A stretch of 64,000 bases of DNA from Macrostomum hystrix (GCA_950097015.1 CATNEN010000001.1:13950001-14014000), one strand, 5' to 3'. Counted from the first letter of the stretch, positions 47,438-60,515 are shown. Notes: a model not told the origin generated them from the sequence alone. Program-made: numbers and translations.

Positions 47438-49927
47438 ATGCGGATTCCATCGCTGCTGCTGCTGCTGCTGCTGCAGCTGCTGATCCAGTCGCTGCAGTTG
47501 TCTTGCTCTGCTCTGCTTCAGCTGACTAGAACCATCGCAGCCAGCGAGCTCAGCCTCCGTTGTCCTCCCAGGTGCTGGTGCGAGCTGCCCCAGCCCATCA
47601 GCGGACCGCAGCACGTCGTTCTGACAGTCGACTGCAGCACCAAGGGCCTCACAGAAGTGCCTCCCAGTCACGACCTTGACCCCGCCACTCTGGACCTGAT
47701 TCTTGACGACAACCATCTACAAGAGATGCCCGCACGTCTGGCTTCGAGAACGCCTCGACTGCGACGACTGTCGGCGTCAGACAACTCCATCGCCAGCCTC
47801 AACCCGCATCTCTTCGCCGGCCTGCCGCAGCTTGTCGAGCTGCGACTGGCCCGCAATCGACTGCAGCACCTGGACGCTAGTCATCTGAGCAACTGTGTAC
47901 ACCTGCAAGTACTGGATGTCAGCCAAAACCTGCTAGCCGTGCTGCCATTTGACCTGCTTGATAGACTGCCGGTCTGGCTCGATGCCAACTTCTCGCACAA
48001 CCGACTGCGCACCGTGATGCTCCCGTCTCAGACATCATCGGAATCGTCTCTGTCATCGTTGAAATCGCCCGTTATGACAGCCCGTCAGCTCAATCGTGAC
48101 ACTCGCTTGAACCTGTCGCACAATTTGCTGAGCTCAGTGACGCCCGGATTTCGCTGGCCAGTGGCCGGCTGTCCCGCCGTCCTGGATCTCTCTGGCAACC
48201 CTGAGCTCTCCTACACTGGCAGCGGCGCTCTCAAACCATTGCTTATTTCCGTCAGCGCTGACTGCGATCTCGACGAGCTCTACCTGCGTCGGCTCGGCCT
48301 GGCTCGCCTGCCCGCTTACTCATTTCGTGGACGCAACGTCCGATTGCACCGTCTCCGACGCCTAGTCCTGGCTAGCAACGCCATAGCAACTGTTGAGGAC
48401 GGCGCCCTGAGCAGTTTGACTGCTCTGGCGGAGCTAGACCTCTCAGACAATCGCTTGACCGAACTGCCAAACCTGGCCGAGCTCCGCAGCTTGAATCGTC
48501 TGGACCTGTCGCACAACCTCCTCACCAGCCTGGTCGACCCGACGCGCCTTCCATCCGACCTGCGCTGGCTCAGCCTGTCCAGAAACTCCCTGCACAACCT
48601 TCACCCGTCAGTATTTTCCCACTTCGCCAGTCTTCAATCGTTGGACCTGAGCAGAAACGGAATTAAAGACTTCCGGCCAATCAGGCGACACCTCTCGGGA
48701 CTCACCGAACTGCTGCTTGGTGGCAACGAGTTGAGGCGTGAGCACCTGTCCAGCATTTTCTCAGCATCTCCTCAGCTGCTCAGGCTAGACCTCAGCCACA
48801 ACCGCATCAGCCAGATTCCCGACAACCTCACCGGAGACTGTCCACACCTGCGGTACCTCAACCTCAGCTGGAACGGCTTCCCGCAGATCGAGCCACTGGA
48901 CCTTGGCGCCAGACAGCTCGAGGTGCTGGACATGACGGGCAACCGGCTGCAGATCCTTGCGGACTACGGCAGCCAGGGACTAAAACAGCTGCACGTTGGC
49001 GTTAACAACATTAGCACCATCGACTCGCAGGCCTTCCTTCACAGCTCCAGCGTCGAGCTGCTCGACCTCAGCGACAATCCAATGGAGGCCAGAACTATCG
49101 CCCTTTTCAAGTCGAGCCTCGACCGGCTGTCCAGCTCTCTGCGCATCTTCAAACTGAATCGCTACGAAATATTTGCCTACCTTAAGAACAATGCCTGGGG
49201 GCTTTTCCGGGACTTCCACGTCTTAGAGGAACTCGAGCTGAGCCGCTGCAACATTCGCCAGGCACCCGGAGCAGCTGTGGTCTTTCCGGCCTCCCTGCGC
49301 CGCCTGGCCCTTGACTACAATCCGATTCGCGAGATTGAAAGTGACGCCTTCCAGTCAGCCAGCCACCTGCGCCATGTGTCCATAGCCTGGTCCCGAATCT
49401 CCAGCGTCAGCGCGGACGCAATGCGGTCACTCACTGGGCTGCGCAGCATCGACTTGTTGGGTAATCCGCTGCGCTGCGACTGCGGCCGCCTCCGACACTT
49501 CTGGCGCTGGGCCCTGGCGACGAACGTCTCGGTGGCCGGCCTGCAGTCGCGCCAGCTGCGCTGTGCCGCTCCGGCTGCGCTGCTCAACCGTCCAGTGCTG
49601 GACCTCCAGCTGGCCAGCTGCGAGTCCCAGTTCAGCCGCCTGCCAGCCGCATTGGCTGTCGGAGCCTCGCTTGTCATCCTCATTGTGGCCGGACTTGTCT
49701 ATGCGACTCTCTGCCGCGACAGGAGAAGCGAAGCCGGCACCGCTACGGCTGGCGACGATGATGCGACGGCGAACGCTGGCGCAGATGACAGACGCAGAGA
49801 TTTCGTAGCAGATCGCTGCAGACTGCACCAGCAACAGCAGCGGCAGCAGGCGGCGCCTTCTTCTACGACGATGCCGCCTGTCCGTGTACAAAGACCGACA
49901 AAGAACAAGTGCATCATTGAAGTCTGA
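47438..49927 (+). CDS. Single-exon leucine-rich-repeat type I transmembrane protein (Toll-like ectodomain, no TIR)
   Basis: 829-aa ORF with a signal peptide, LRRNT (CPPRCWC..VDCS), many LxxLxLSxN repeats, LRRCT (NPLRCDC..C..P..L), a TM helix and a short tail ending KCIIEV. Confidence 0.92.
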   Translation: MRIPSLLLLLLLQLLIQSLQLSCSALLQLTRTIAASELSLRCPPRCWCELPQPISGPQHVVLTVDCSTKGLTEVPPSHDLDPATLDLILDDNHLQEMPARLASRTPRLRRLSASDNSIASLNPHLFAGLPQLVELRLARNRLQHLDASHLSNCVHLQVLDVSQNLLAVLPFDLLDRLPVWLDANFSHNRLRTVMLPSQTSSESSLSSLKSPVMTARQLNRDTRLNLSHNLLSSVTPGFRWPVAGCPAVLDLSGNPELSYTGSGALKPLLISVSADCDLDELYLRRLGLARLPAYSFRGRNVRLHRLRRLVLASNAIATVEDGALSSLTALAELDLSDNRLTELPNLAELRSLNRLDLSHNLLTSLVDPTRLPSDLRWLSLSRNSLHNLHPSVFSHFASLQSLDLSRNGIKDFRPIRRHLSGLTELLLGGNELRREHLSSIFSASPQLLRLDLSHNRISQIPDNLTGDCPHLRYLNLSWNGFPQIEPLDLGARQLEVLDMTGNRLQILADYGSQGLKQLHVGVNNISTIDSQAFLHSSSVELLDLSDNPMEARTIALFKSSLDRLSSSLRIFKLNRYEIFAYLKNNAWGLFRDFHVLEELELSRCNIRQAPGAAVVFPASLRRLALDYNPIREIESDAFQSASHLRHVSIAWSRISSVSADAMRSLTGLRSIDLLGNPLRCDCGRLRHFWRWALATNVSVAGLQSRQLRCAAPAALLNRPVLDLQLASCESQFSRLPAALAVGASLVILIVAGLVYATLCRDRRSEAGTATAGDDDATANAGADDRRRDFVADRCRLHQQQQRQQAAPSSTTMPPVRVQRPTKNKCIIEV

Positions 49928-50429
49928 CGCAGCTAAAACTATGCCAGACTGTAAACCTTTTTTCTAGCTCATTTAAAATAGTTTTTCTTTTACTAAACCG
50001 CTTGTCATTTGTTTTAAACGGATTCATCCATTCTTATGAAACATTGATCTATAAAGACCTCAAATCAATAAAACTCACAGGAATATGTAAATACAAATTG
50101 GAGAATGCAGATCTACATAAGAGATTGGCAATTTCTGTGAGTCTAATGTGAACCTCGGCTTAGAATTTATACTAATTCGATGCGTCGAGTACTTCAACAA
50201 GTAAGAAATTCGATTGCATGCAATGCCTGATTCAACTTGAGCAAATTTGCATTGCCGCACTGCTGGGTCGGCTGAAATCTGACTGTCATTTTTCCTAGAG
50301 AGTGTCTCTGACTGTGCAGAAAGCCAGGCGAATAGACAAGCTCAAACCCTATTTCATTGGAATAAGAGGCATTTGGCATTGGCTGCTTTCCAAAGTACAA
50401 ATCTAAACACGAATTTCTCCTTTATGCTA

Positions 50430-50846
50430 AAGGATCCTCTGTACTCTTGCTATCACAGAACCCGTGATCCTCTGTACTCTTGCTATCACAGAACCCGTGA
50501 AAGGATCCTCTGTACTCTTGCTATCACAGAACCCGTGAAAGGATCCTCTGTACTCTTGCTATCACAGAACCCGTGATCCTCTGTACTCTTGCTATCACAG
50601 AACCCGTGATCCTCTGTACTCTTGCTATCACAGAACCCGTGAATAGATCCTCTGTACTCTTGCTATCACAGAACCCGTGAATAGATCCTCTGTACTCTTG
50701 CTATCACAGAACCCGTGAAAGGATCCTCTGTACTCTTGCTATCACAGAACCCGTGAAAGGATGTCTAAACATCACAGAACCCGTGAATGAATGTCTAAAC
50801 ATCACAGAACCTGTGAATGAATGTCTAAACATCACAGAACATGTGA
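50430..50846. repeat. 33/38-bp tandem repeat (GATCCTCTGTACTCTTGCTATCACAGAACCCGT)n
   Basis: About 10 units, then a shorter variant. Confidence 0.92.
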
Positions 50847-51315
50847 AATTTCCTTTCAAGTCTATAAAAGGTTGTGGCAGCATTTTAAAAGTCAGCTTTA
50901 ATCGCCCACTCCGCTAATTGCTGCGAAAATAATTTAACCGCTTTCTAGCTTGCAGTATTTTTGGTTTGGTTAAGAAGTCACCCCACGAGAAGCAGAGAAT
51001 AAGTCAGAACATTTAGCAGAAAATGTTATTTGCTTGCTCTTTCACTCGCTCTCACCCCATGTCACTCTGTCTTACAAGCCAACACGATTAGCTTCTGTTT
51101 GCATATTTATCCGATCGATATGACGAAAAAATTGACAGCGTCGATACTTGGTTTCTTAGAGTAAGTCCCAAGTCAAAGCAGGGCATGAAAATGTTAATTG
51201 AAAGTTCTTTTTCATATTCAGCGGGCTCTACTCGGTGGTGAAACAATATTTATATTTAGAAGCGTTAAAAAATAGATTCTTTAAGATTTAAATAAAAAAC
51301 TTCTGACAGTAGAAC

Positions 51316-51752
51316 TACCAAGGTATGGGATTTCTCCCCTAACAAATTATTGTGCTGCACCCGAACGGAGCAACGCAAGCACACGAAGGTCAAGAACACG
51401 GGCCAACTCTTTGTTTCGTATCTCCTGAAACAATAATCAAAGTCGCCTGCTCTTCAGACCGTCGAGATATTCAATGGTTCAGCTCAAAGCGTTAAAATCA
51501 GCATGTTATCAGCATGTCACCCGAATGTGTCTGCATCATCTCTGTCTTCAGTCGTCACCTACCTTTATCTAGACGGACTGCTGGACCTTCAAGGGCTACA
51601 ACAGGTGGAACTAGGCCACTATGGACACCCTGACTCGAATTTCTCCAATTTCACTGATCAAGCCTAAATATTAGGCGCAGCTCAACCACAGGACACCCTC
51701 GCCTACTCTGTCAACCAATCAGTTACCACCCAACGCTGTCACCCCCTTGGTA
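51316..51752 (-). mobile_element. TA-flanked MITE-like element, copy 2
   Basis: Ends TA-CCAAGG.. and ..CCCCTTGG-TA. The interior is the inverted homolog of 30345-30826. Confidence 0.75.
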
Positions 51753-52319
51753 AAAAAACGGGCGGCAAAAAGGCTTGGTAGTCCCACTGTTAATCTTTAT
51801 TTTCTGACTAGGTACTTTCTGAGGCCTCTCACCAACCTGAAAGCCCCAAGGCAATTAGGAAACTATGCACTAGTATTCTCATCCTGGATGTAGCTTTTCA
51901 CCTTTGCTTTCACTGAACAGCGAATCCTCCAACGGGATTTAATTCCCTAGGGAAATTTCTGCTCAACTGAGCGCTTATCTCCCTCCACTGAGGAGGTATG
52001 ACGGAAGCACTGGCCTTTTTGACGTGCATTAATCCCCTGGGAGGCAGTGCTCACACAGGTTGCAGCTCATCATGTCGATCGCGAGTTGTTTCTTTCTGTC
52101 TTAAAAAAATCCATCGCTATTTAAAACTGGAAAATCCATCTGATGTCTAAGATCGATAAGCCAGAGTCTTTGATGAATGACAATCCGACAGCAATGTTTG
52201 CCTGACTAAAACTCCTCATCATTATTAACTTCTCAAGTATTGGTTTGCGAATCTCATACTAACTATTTCATCCTTAAATCTATCTTGCCTTTGAGTCTTC
52301 CATTTATCTTCTTCAGTCT

Positions 52320-54605
52320 TGCCTCCTCTATTCCCATTCTCCCCTTGAGTCTCACCCTCTCTTCCCATTCTCCCCTTCAGTCTCACCCTCTCTTCCCATT
52401 CTCCCCTTCAGTCTCACCTCCTCGCTTCCCATTCTCCCCTTCAGTCTGACCTCCTCTCTTCCCATTCTCCCCTTGAGGCTCACCTCCTCTCTTCCCATTC
52501 TCCCCTTGAGGCTCACCTCCTCTCTTCCCATTCTCCCCTTCAGTCTCACCTCCTCGCTTCCCATTCTCCCCTTCAGTCTGACCTCCTCTCTTCCCATTCT
52601 CCCCTTGAGGCTCACCTCCTCTCTTCCCATTCTCCCCTTGAGGCTCACCTCCTCTCTTCCCATTCTCCCCTTGAGTCTCACCTCCTCTCTTCCCATTCTC
52701 CCCTTGAGGCTCACCTCCTCTCTTCCCATTCTCCCTTTCAGTCTCACCCTCTCTTCCCATTCTCCCCTTCAGTCTCACCCTCTCTTCCCATTCTCCCCTT
52801 GAGGCTCACCTCCTCTCTTCCCATTCTCCCTTTCAGTCTCACCCTCTCTTCCCATTCTCCCTTTCAGTCTCACCCTCTCTTCCCATTCTCCCCTTCAGTC
52901 TCACCTCCTCTCTTCCCATTCTCCCCTTCAGTCTCACCTCCTCTCTTCCCATTCTCCCCTTCAGTCTCACCTCCTCTCTTCCCATTCTCCCCTTCAGTCT
53001 CACCTCCTCTCTTCCCATTCTCCCCTTCAGTCTCACCTCCTCTCTTCCCATTCTCCCCTTGAGTCTCACCTCCTCTCTTCCCATTCTCCCCTTCAGTCTC
53101 ACCTCCTCTCTTCCCATTCTCCCCTTCAGTCTTCACCTCCTCTCTTCCCACTCTCCCCTTGAGGCTCACCTCCTCTCTTCCCATTCTCCCTTTCAGTCTC
53201 ACCCTCTCTTCCCATTCTCCCCTTCAGTCTCACCTCCTCTCTTCCCATTCTCCCCTTCAGTCTCACCCTCTCTTCCCATTCTCCCCTTGAGGCTCACCTC
53301 CTCTCTTCCCATTCTCCCCTTCAGTCTCACCCTCTCTTCCCATTCTCCCCTTCAGTCTCACCTCCTCTCTTCCCACTCTCCCCTTGAGGCTCACCTCCTC
53401 TCTTCCCATTCTCCCTTTCAGTCTCACCCTCTCTTCCCATTCTCCCCTTCAGTCTCACCTCCTCTCTTCCCACTCTCCCCTTCAGTCTCACCCCCTCTCT
53501 TCCCATTCTCCCCTTCAGTCTCACCTCCTCTCTTCCCATTCTCCCCTTCAGTCTCACCCCCTCTCTTCCCATTCTCCCTTTCAGTCTCACCCTCTCTTCC
53601 CATTCTCCCCTTCAGTCTCACCTCCTCTCTTCCCATTCTCCCCTTCAGTCTCACCCCCTCTCTTCCCACTCTCCCCTTGAGTCTCACCTCCTCTCTTCCC
53701 ATTCTCCCCTTGAGTCTCACCTCCTCTCTTCCCATTCTCCCCTTCAGTCTCACCTCCTCTCTTCCCATTCTCCCCTTCAGTCTCACCCTCTCTTCCCATT
53801 CTCCCCTTCAGTCTCACCTCCTCTCTTCCCATTCTCCCCTTCAGTCTCACCTCCTCTCTTCCCATTCTCCCCTTCAGTCTCACCTCCTCTCTTCCCATTC
53901 TCCCCTTCAGTCTTCACCTCCTCTCTTCCCATTCTCCCCTTCAGTCTTCACCTCCTCTCTTCCCACTCTCCCCTTGAGGCTCACCTCCTCTCTTCCCATT
54001 CTCCCTTTCAGTCTCACCCTCTCTTCCCATTCTCCCCTTCAGTCTCACCTCCTCTCTTCCCATTCTCCCCTTCAGTCTCACCCTCTCTTCCCATTCTCCC
54101 CTTGAGGCTCACCTCCTCTCTTCCCATTCTCCCCTTCAGTCTCACCCTCTCTTCCCATTCTCCCCTTCAGTCTCACCTCCTCTCTTCCCACTCTCCCCTT
54201 GAGGCTCACCTCCTCTCTTCCCATTCTCCCTTTCAGTCTCACCCTCTCTTCCCATTCTCCCCTTCAGTCTCACCTCCTCTCTTCCCACTCTCCCCTTCAG
54301 TCTCACCCCCTCTCTTCCCATTCTCCCCTTCAGTCTCACCTCCTCTCTTCCCATTCTCCCCTTCAGTCTCACCCCCTCTCTTCCCATTCTCCCTTTCAGT
54401 CTCACCCTCTCTTCCCATTCTCCCCTTCAGTCTCACCTCCTCTCTTCCCATTCTCCCCTTCAGTCTCACCCCCTCTCTTCCCACTCTCCCCTTGAGTCTC
54501 ACCTCCTCTCTTCCCATTCTCCCCTTGAGTCTCACCTCCTCTCTTCCCATTCTCCCATTCAGTCTCACCTCCTCTCTTCCCATTCTCCCATTCAGTCTCA
54601 CCTCT
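52320..54605. repeat. 31-34-bp pyrimidine-rich minisatellite (TTCAGTCTCACCTCCTCTCTTCCCATTCTCCCC)n
   Basis: Tandem units, including an 815-bp higher-order duplication. Confidence 0.97.
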
Positions 54606-54732
54606 AAGATCCCAAGAACAGGAAGCTGACTCAAGCCAGTTCTACTTTGAGGCAGCGGGCGTGGCTTCGCTTGGCCAGACAGTCAACTATAGGAAGGATC
54701 GAATCTATAGGAACTGTTTTCTTTCAGTCAGC

Positions 54733-54769
<37 letters not shown>
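54733..54769. repeat. (CAG)n microsatellite
   Basis: About 12 units. Confidence 0.9.
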
Positions 54770-54772
<3 letters not shown>

Positions 54773-55202
54773 ACAGCGGAGTGAAGCTGAAGATTGAAAT
54801 TGCAGTTTTGTCTGATTGGATTGCATCGATCTCTGCTGCCGCCGCTGCTGCTGAATTGTGTTCTTCCCAAATCTCCCACTCTAGTAATCCCAATTCATGC
54901 CAAGTTTTCATATTTTTTTCCCTTCGTTTGGCGCTCAGAGGAATTGACCTATTTCGAGTTAATTCTCAAGGCGAAGCCTGAACTCAAAATTTGTTTCGAC
55001 AACAGAAGGCTGCAATTTACGATTTGTAATCTTAATTTTGCCTATACTTAACAAAAGAATTAAAATTGTTGCTGATTAGATCTGACCGATTAGAAAAACG
55101 GTATGAGATTTTTTTAGATTTAATTTTTACATGGCAATGCAAAAATTGATGAGTTAATTCAAGAAATCTGAGTAAAACTGTATTTAGTTGTTAGACATTA
55201 GT

Positions 55203-55497
55203 AAGATTGATAAGACTGTGGTGAGGAATGGAGTGAGATTGATAAGGCTGTGGTGAGGAAGTGAGTGAGATTTTGATAAGACTGTGGTGAGGAATGGAGT
55301 GAGATTGATAAGACTGTGGTGAGGAATGGAGTGAGATTGATAAGACTGGGGTGAGAAAGGGAGTGAGATTGATAAGACTGGGGTGAGGAAGGGAGTGAGA
55401 TTGATAAGACTGTGGTGAGGAATGGACTGAGATTGATAAGACTGTGGTGAGGAATGGAGTGAGATTGGTAAGACTGGGGTGAGAAAGGGAGTGAGAT
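55203..55497. repeat. 32-bp tandem repeat (GATTGATAAGACTGTGGTGAGGAATGGAGTGA)n
   Basis: About 9 units. Confidence 0.92.
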
Positions 55498-56047
55498 GTG
55501 AAGAAGCAAATACCACGAAGATTAACCGAGAGGAGAAGACAAAGCAAGATCGATAAATCTTCAGATGATGGGATATTTCTAAGAAACACTGTCGAGAGCT
55601 TAGCGCAACTGGGAAATCTTATCTTATCAATGGGAAACTCGATATCCGAAAGCATTGATTTATTATTGGGAAAAATCCCCTAGGAGCGTAGGGCAAACAG
55701 TGAATCGGAGAGACGAAAGGCTGAAAGAAGATGTTTAACTTTCGCTGGCACGGTCAGATATTCAGGCAAGTCACTGGCCTCTCCAAAGATCTCTCTGGAG
55801 TCTGGAGTCTAGAATTTTCAATCTCTGCGGGATTTTTTTGTTTGCTTTGACCGCATCAGCTGCGGGTATGGGCCGTGATGGACAAAGTTTGTTATGATAA
55901 GAATAACACACCCGGCCGACAGTGACTGCATGGCGGATCACTTTGTCAGCGACTGCCTGTCTATAACTGTCACACTGTATGTGGCCTGTACGATTCACTG
56001 GTCACTGTGTTATGAATCTGCTTAATACTGGGCCTGGGCTGGAGACA

Positions 56048-56652
56048 TCACTCACACACTCACCCACACTCACGCACTCATACTAACATTCACACTAACA
56101 CACACACTCACAGTCACACCCATTCTCACTCTGAATCTCACTCACACTTACTCACACTCACTCACACTCAGTCACGCGTACACTCACACTCACTCACACT
56201 TACTCACAATCACTCACACTTACTCACACTCACTCACACTCAGTCACGCGTACACTCACACTCACTCACACTTACTCACAATCACTCACACTCACTCACA
56301 CTCACTCACACTCACACACTCACTCACACGTACACTCACACGTACACTCACACTCACTCACACTTACTCACACTCACTCACACTCACTCACACTCACTCA
56401 CACTCACACACTCACTCACACTCACTCACACTCACTCACACTTACACTCACACTCACACTCACACTCACACTCACACTTACACTCACACTCACACTTACA
56501 CTTACACTCACACTCACTCATACTCACTCACACTCACTCACACTCACTCACACTCACACTTACACGCACAGTCACACTCACACTCGCACTCACATTCACA
56601 ATCACATTCACAATCACAGTCACACTCACAGTCGCACTCACTCACACTCACA
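56048..56652. repeat. (CACT/CA)n microsatellite
   Basis: Low-complexity CA-rich tract. Confidence 0.95.
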
Positions 56653-57464
56653 CCTAAAGTCGCAGAGTGTGCAGAACCTTCATTCTATGAAATAAGTTTT
56701 CTAAGAAAGCACAATTCGGAGGACAGAATAAAAATTATCAGGAATACTGATTGTAACAAAAACAAACTCGAAAAAGGAATTAAAAAATTATTTTGTTAAA
56801 ACATAAACCTTCTATTCTAAGAAACTCGAATATAAACTTGAGTTATGCTCTCTCGCGAGTTCTATTTTGTAAAAATTTCACTTCAAAATGAGCAGAACAG
56901 ATATTAACTCCGCATTCACCTCAACGCGGTACTCGTAGATAAAAGGACAGGGGAGAGAGAGAGTAAGGGACATTGCAAGAAACCTGGTGAGAACTTGAGT
57001 AAAGGATTGAGCAAACTGTTCTTGTGCTCGTATAACTACAACGAAGTGTGACGAAAGTTCCAGTCTAAATTTGGTCCAGTTTTACAGCTCGCCGCGGGCA
57101 AGTAGAGTATGAGCACCGATTTTTTCCTTACATAATAGTGAGGAGAGTGAGGAGAGAGGATTGTGAGTTTGCCGTTAACTGTGAGTAGATGAGTAGATTG
57201 GAAGTGGGTGAGTGGGTTGACTCGATTCTAAATGGAGCTTCTAGATCACAAGAGCACGAACTCCAGGTGTGCTCAGGGCGGCGCAGATACTTGAAGCAAA
57301 TGGAACAGAGACTGGGGCCTCGTGGCAATTCACTTCCTCCGATAACTTTCTCTACTATGGATTCTAAAATTAGTTCATTCTAAGAAAGGTCGATTCTAGA
57401 ATTGACTACGTAGAATAAACTTGAAGATAGGAAATCTGGACAACTGAAAATTAGATTCCAAGAA

Positions 57465-60345
57465 AAGTCGATTCTAAGAAGCTTCGATTCCAAGAAACTT
57501 CGATTTTTAAGAAACTTCCATTCCAAGAAGCTTCGATTCCAAGAAACTTCAATTTTTAAGAAACTTCCATTCCAAGAAGCTTCGATTCCAAGAAACTTCA
57601 ATTTTTAAGAAACTTCCATTCCAAGAAGCTTCGATTCCAAGAAACTTTGATTTTTAAGAAACTTCCATTCCAAGAAACTTCGTTCCGAGACACATCGATT
57701 CCAAGAAACTTGGATTCCGAGACACATCGATTCCAAGAAACTTGGATTCCAAGAAACTTCAATTTTCAAGAAACTTCCATTCCAAGAAGCTTCGATTCCA
57801 AGAAACTTCAATTTTTAAGAAACTTCCATTCCAAGAAGCTTCGATTCCAAGAAACTTCGATTTTTAAGAAACTTCCATTCCAAGAAACTTCGTTCCGAGA
57901 CACATCGATTCCAAGAAACTTGGATTCCGAGACACATCGATTCCAAGAAACTTCAATTCCGAGACACATCGATTCCAAGAAACTTGGATTACAAGAAACT
58001 TCGATTTTTAAGAAACTTCCATTCCAAGAAGCTTCGATTCCAAGAAACTTCAATTTTTAAGAAACTTCCATTCCAAGAAGCTTCGATTCCAAGAAACTTT
58101 GATTTTTAAGAAACTTCCATTCCAAGAAACTTCGTTCCGAGACACATCGATTCCAAGAAACTTGGATTCCGAGACACATCGATTCCAAGAAACTTGGATT
58201 CCAAGAAACTTCAATTTTCAAGAAACTTCCATTCCAAGAAGCTTCGATTCCAAGAAACTTCAATTTTTAAGAAACTTCCATTCCAAGAAGCTTCGATTCC
58301 AAGAAACTTCGATTTTTAAGAAACTTCCATTCCAAGAAACTTCGTTCCGAGACACATCGATTCCAAGAAACTTGGATTCCGAGACACATCGATTCCAAGA
58401 AACTTCAATTCCGAGACACATCGATTCCAAGAAACTTGGATTACAAGAAACTTCGATTTTTAAGAAACTTCCATTCCATGAAACTTCGTTCCGAGACACA
58501 TCGATTCCAAGAAACTTGGATTCCGAGACACATCGATTCCAAGAAACTTGGATTCCAAGAAACTTCAATTTTTAAGAAACTTCCATTCCAAGAAGCTTCG
58601 ATTCCAAGAAACTTCGATTTTTAAGAAACTTCCATTCCAAGAAACTTCGTTCCGAGACACATCGATTCCAAGAAACTTGGATTCCGAGACACATCGATTC
58701 CAAGAAACTTCAATTCCGAGACACATCGATTCCAAGAAACTTGGATTACAAGAAACTTCGATTTTTAAGAAACTTCCATTCCATGAAACTTCGTTCCGAG
58801 ACACATCGATTCCAAGAAAATTCGATTCCAATAAACTTGGATTCCAAGAAACTTCGATTTTTAAGAAACTTCCATTCCATGAAACTTCGTTCCGAGACAC
58901 ATCGATTCCAAGAAACTTCGATTCCGAGACACATCGATTCCAAGAAACTTGGATTCCAAGAAACTTGGATTCCAAGAAACTTGGATTCCAAGAAACTTGG
59001 ATTCCAAGAAACTTGGATTCCAAGAAACTTGGATTCCAAGAAACTTGGATTCCAAGAAACTTGGATTTCAAGAAACTTCGATTTTTAAGAAACTTCCATT
59101 CCATGAAACTTCGTTCCGACACACATCGATTCCAAGAAACTTCGATTCCAAGAAACTTCCATTCCATGAAACTTCGTTCCGAGACACATCGATTCCAAGA
59201 AACTTGGATTCCAAGACACATCGATTCCAAGAAGCTTCAATTCCGAGACACATCGATTCCAAGAAACTTCAATTCCGAGACACATCGATTCCAAAAAAAC
59301 TTCGATTCCAAGAAACTTCGATTTTTAAGAAACTTCCATTCCAAGAAGCTTCGATTCCAAGAAACTTCGATTTTTAAGAAACTTCCATTCCAAGAAACTT
59401 CGTTCCGAGACACATCGATTCCAAGAAACTTGGATTCCGAGACACATCGATTCCAAGAAACTTCAATTCCGAGACACATCGATTCCAAGAAACTTGGATT
59501 CCAAGAAACTTCGATTTTTAAGAAACTTCCATTCCATGAAACTTCGTTCCGAGACACATCGATTCCAAGAAACTTCGATTCCGAGACACATCGATTCCAA
59601 GAAACTTGGATTCCAAGAAACTTGGATTCCAAGAAACTTGGATTCCAAGAAACTTCCATTCCATGAAAATTCGTTCCGAGACACATCGATTCCAAGAAAC
59701 TTGGATTCCAAGACACATCGATTCCAAGAAGCTTCAATTCCGAGACACATCGATTCCAAGAAACTTCAATTCCGAGACACATCGATTCCAAAAAACTTCG
59801 ATTCCAAGAAACTTCGATTTTTAAGAAACTTCCATTCCAAGAAGCTTCGATTCCAAGAAACTTCGATTTTTAAGAAACTTCCATTCTAAGAAACTTCGTT
59901 CCGAGACACATCGATTCCAAGAAACTTCGATTTTTAAGAAACTTCCATTCCATGAAACTTCGTTCCGAGACACATCGATTCCAAGAAACTTGGATTCCGA
60001 GACACATCGATTCCAAGAAACTTCAATTCCGAGACACATCGATTCCAAGAAACTTGGATTCCAAGAAACTTCGATTTTTAAGAAACTTCCATTTCAAGAA
60101 ACTTCGTTCCGAGACACATCGATTCCAAGAAACTTCGATTCCGAGACACATCGATTCCAAGAAACTTCAATTCCGAGAAACTTCGATTTTTAAGAAACTT
60201 CCATTCCAAGGAACTTCGATTTCGAGAAACTTCGATTCCAAGAAACTTCGATTCTAAGAAGCTCCGATTCCGAGGACACATTTATTCCAAGAAACTTCGC
60301 TTCCAAGAAACTTAGATTCGAATAAACATAGTTTCCAAGAAACTA
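57465..60345. repeat. Complex satellite built from ~16-bp GATTCCAAGAAACTTC-type monomers
   Basis: Variant monomers arranged in higher-order blocks, with a 452-bp duplication. Confidence 0.97.
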
Positions 60346-60419
60346 ATTCCAAGAACCTTCGACTCCAAAAAGTATTTGTCTAATTCTTTTTCTAAGCAAC
60401 GTTTGCTCAGAACCTCTGT

Positions 60420-60515
60420 TATGTGATCGTATCCAAGTGGTAAAAGAGATTAAACTTGAGTTATGAAGGTCGGGGGTTCGATTCCAGTCTTACCAGAAAA
60501 CAACTTGCGTCCTTT
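60420..60515 (+). mobile_element. Degenerate tRNA-like SINE head
   Basis: TATCCAAGTGGTAAAAGAG..GAAGGTCGGGGGTTCGATTCC, similar to the family B head. Confidence 0.5.

Noticed and set aside
47255-49917. Antisense and alternate-frame ORFs over the LRR gene
   Set aside because: Shadow ORFs of a GC-rich coding sequence.
52352-60281. Numerous repetitive ORFs (GRMGREEVRLK, FQETSIPR etc.)
   Set aside because: They are translations of satellite DNA in all frames.
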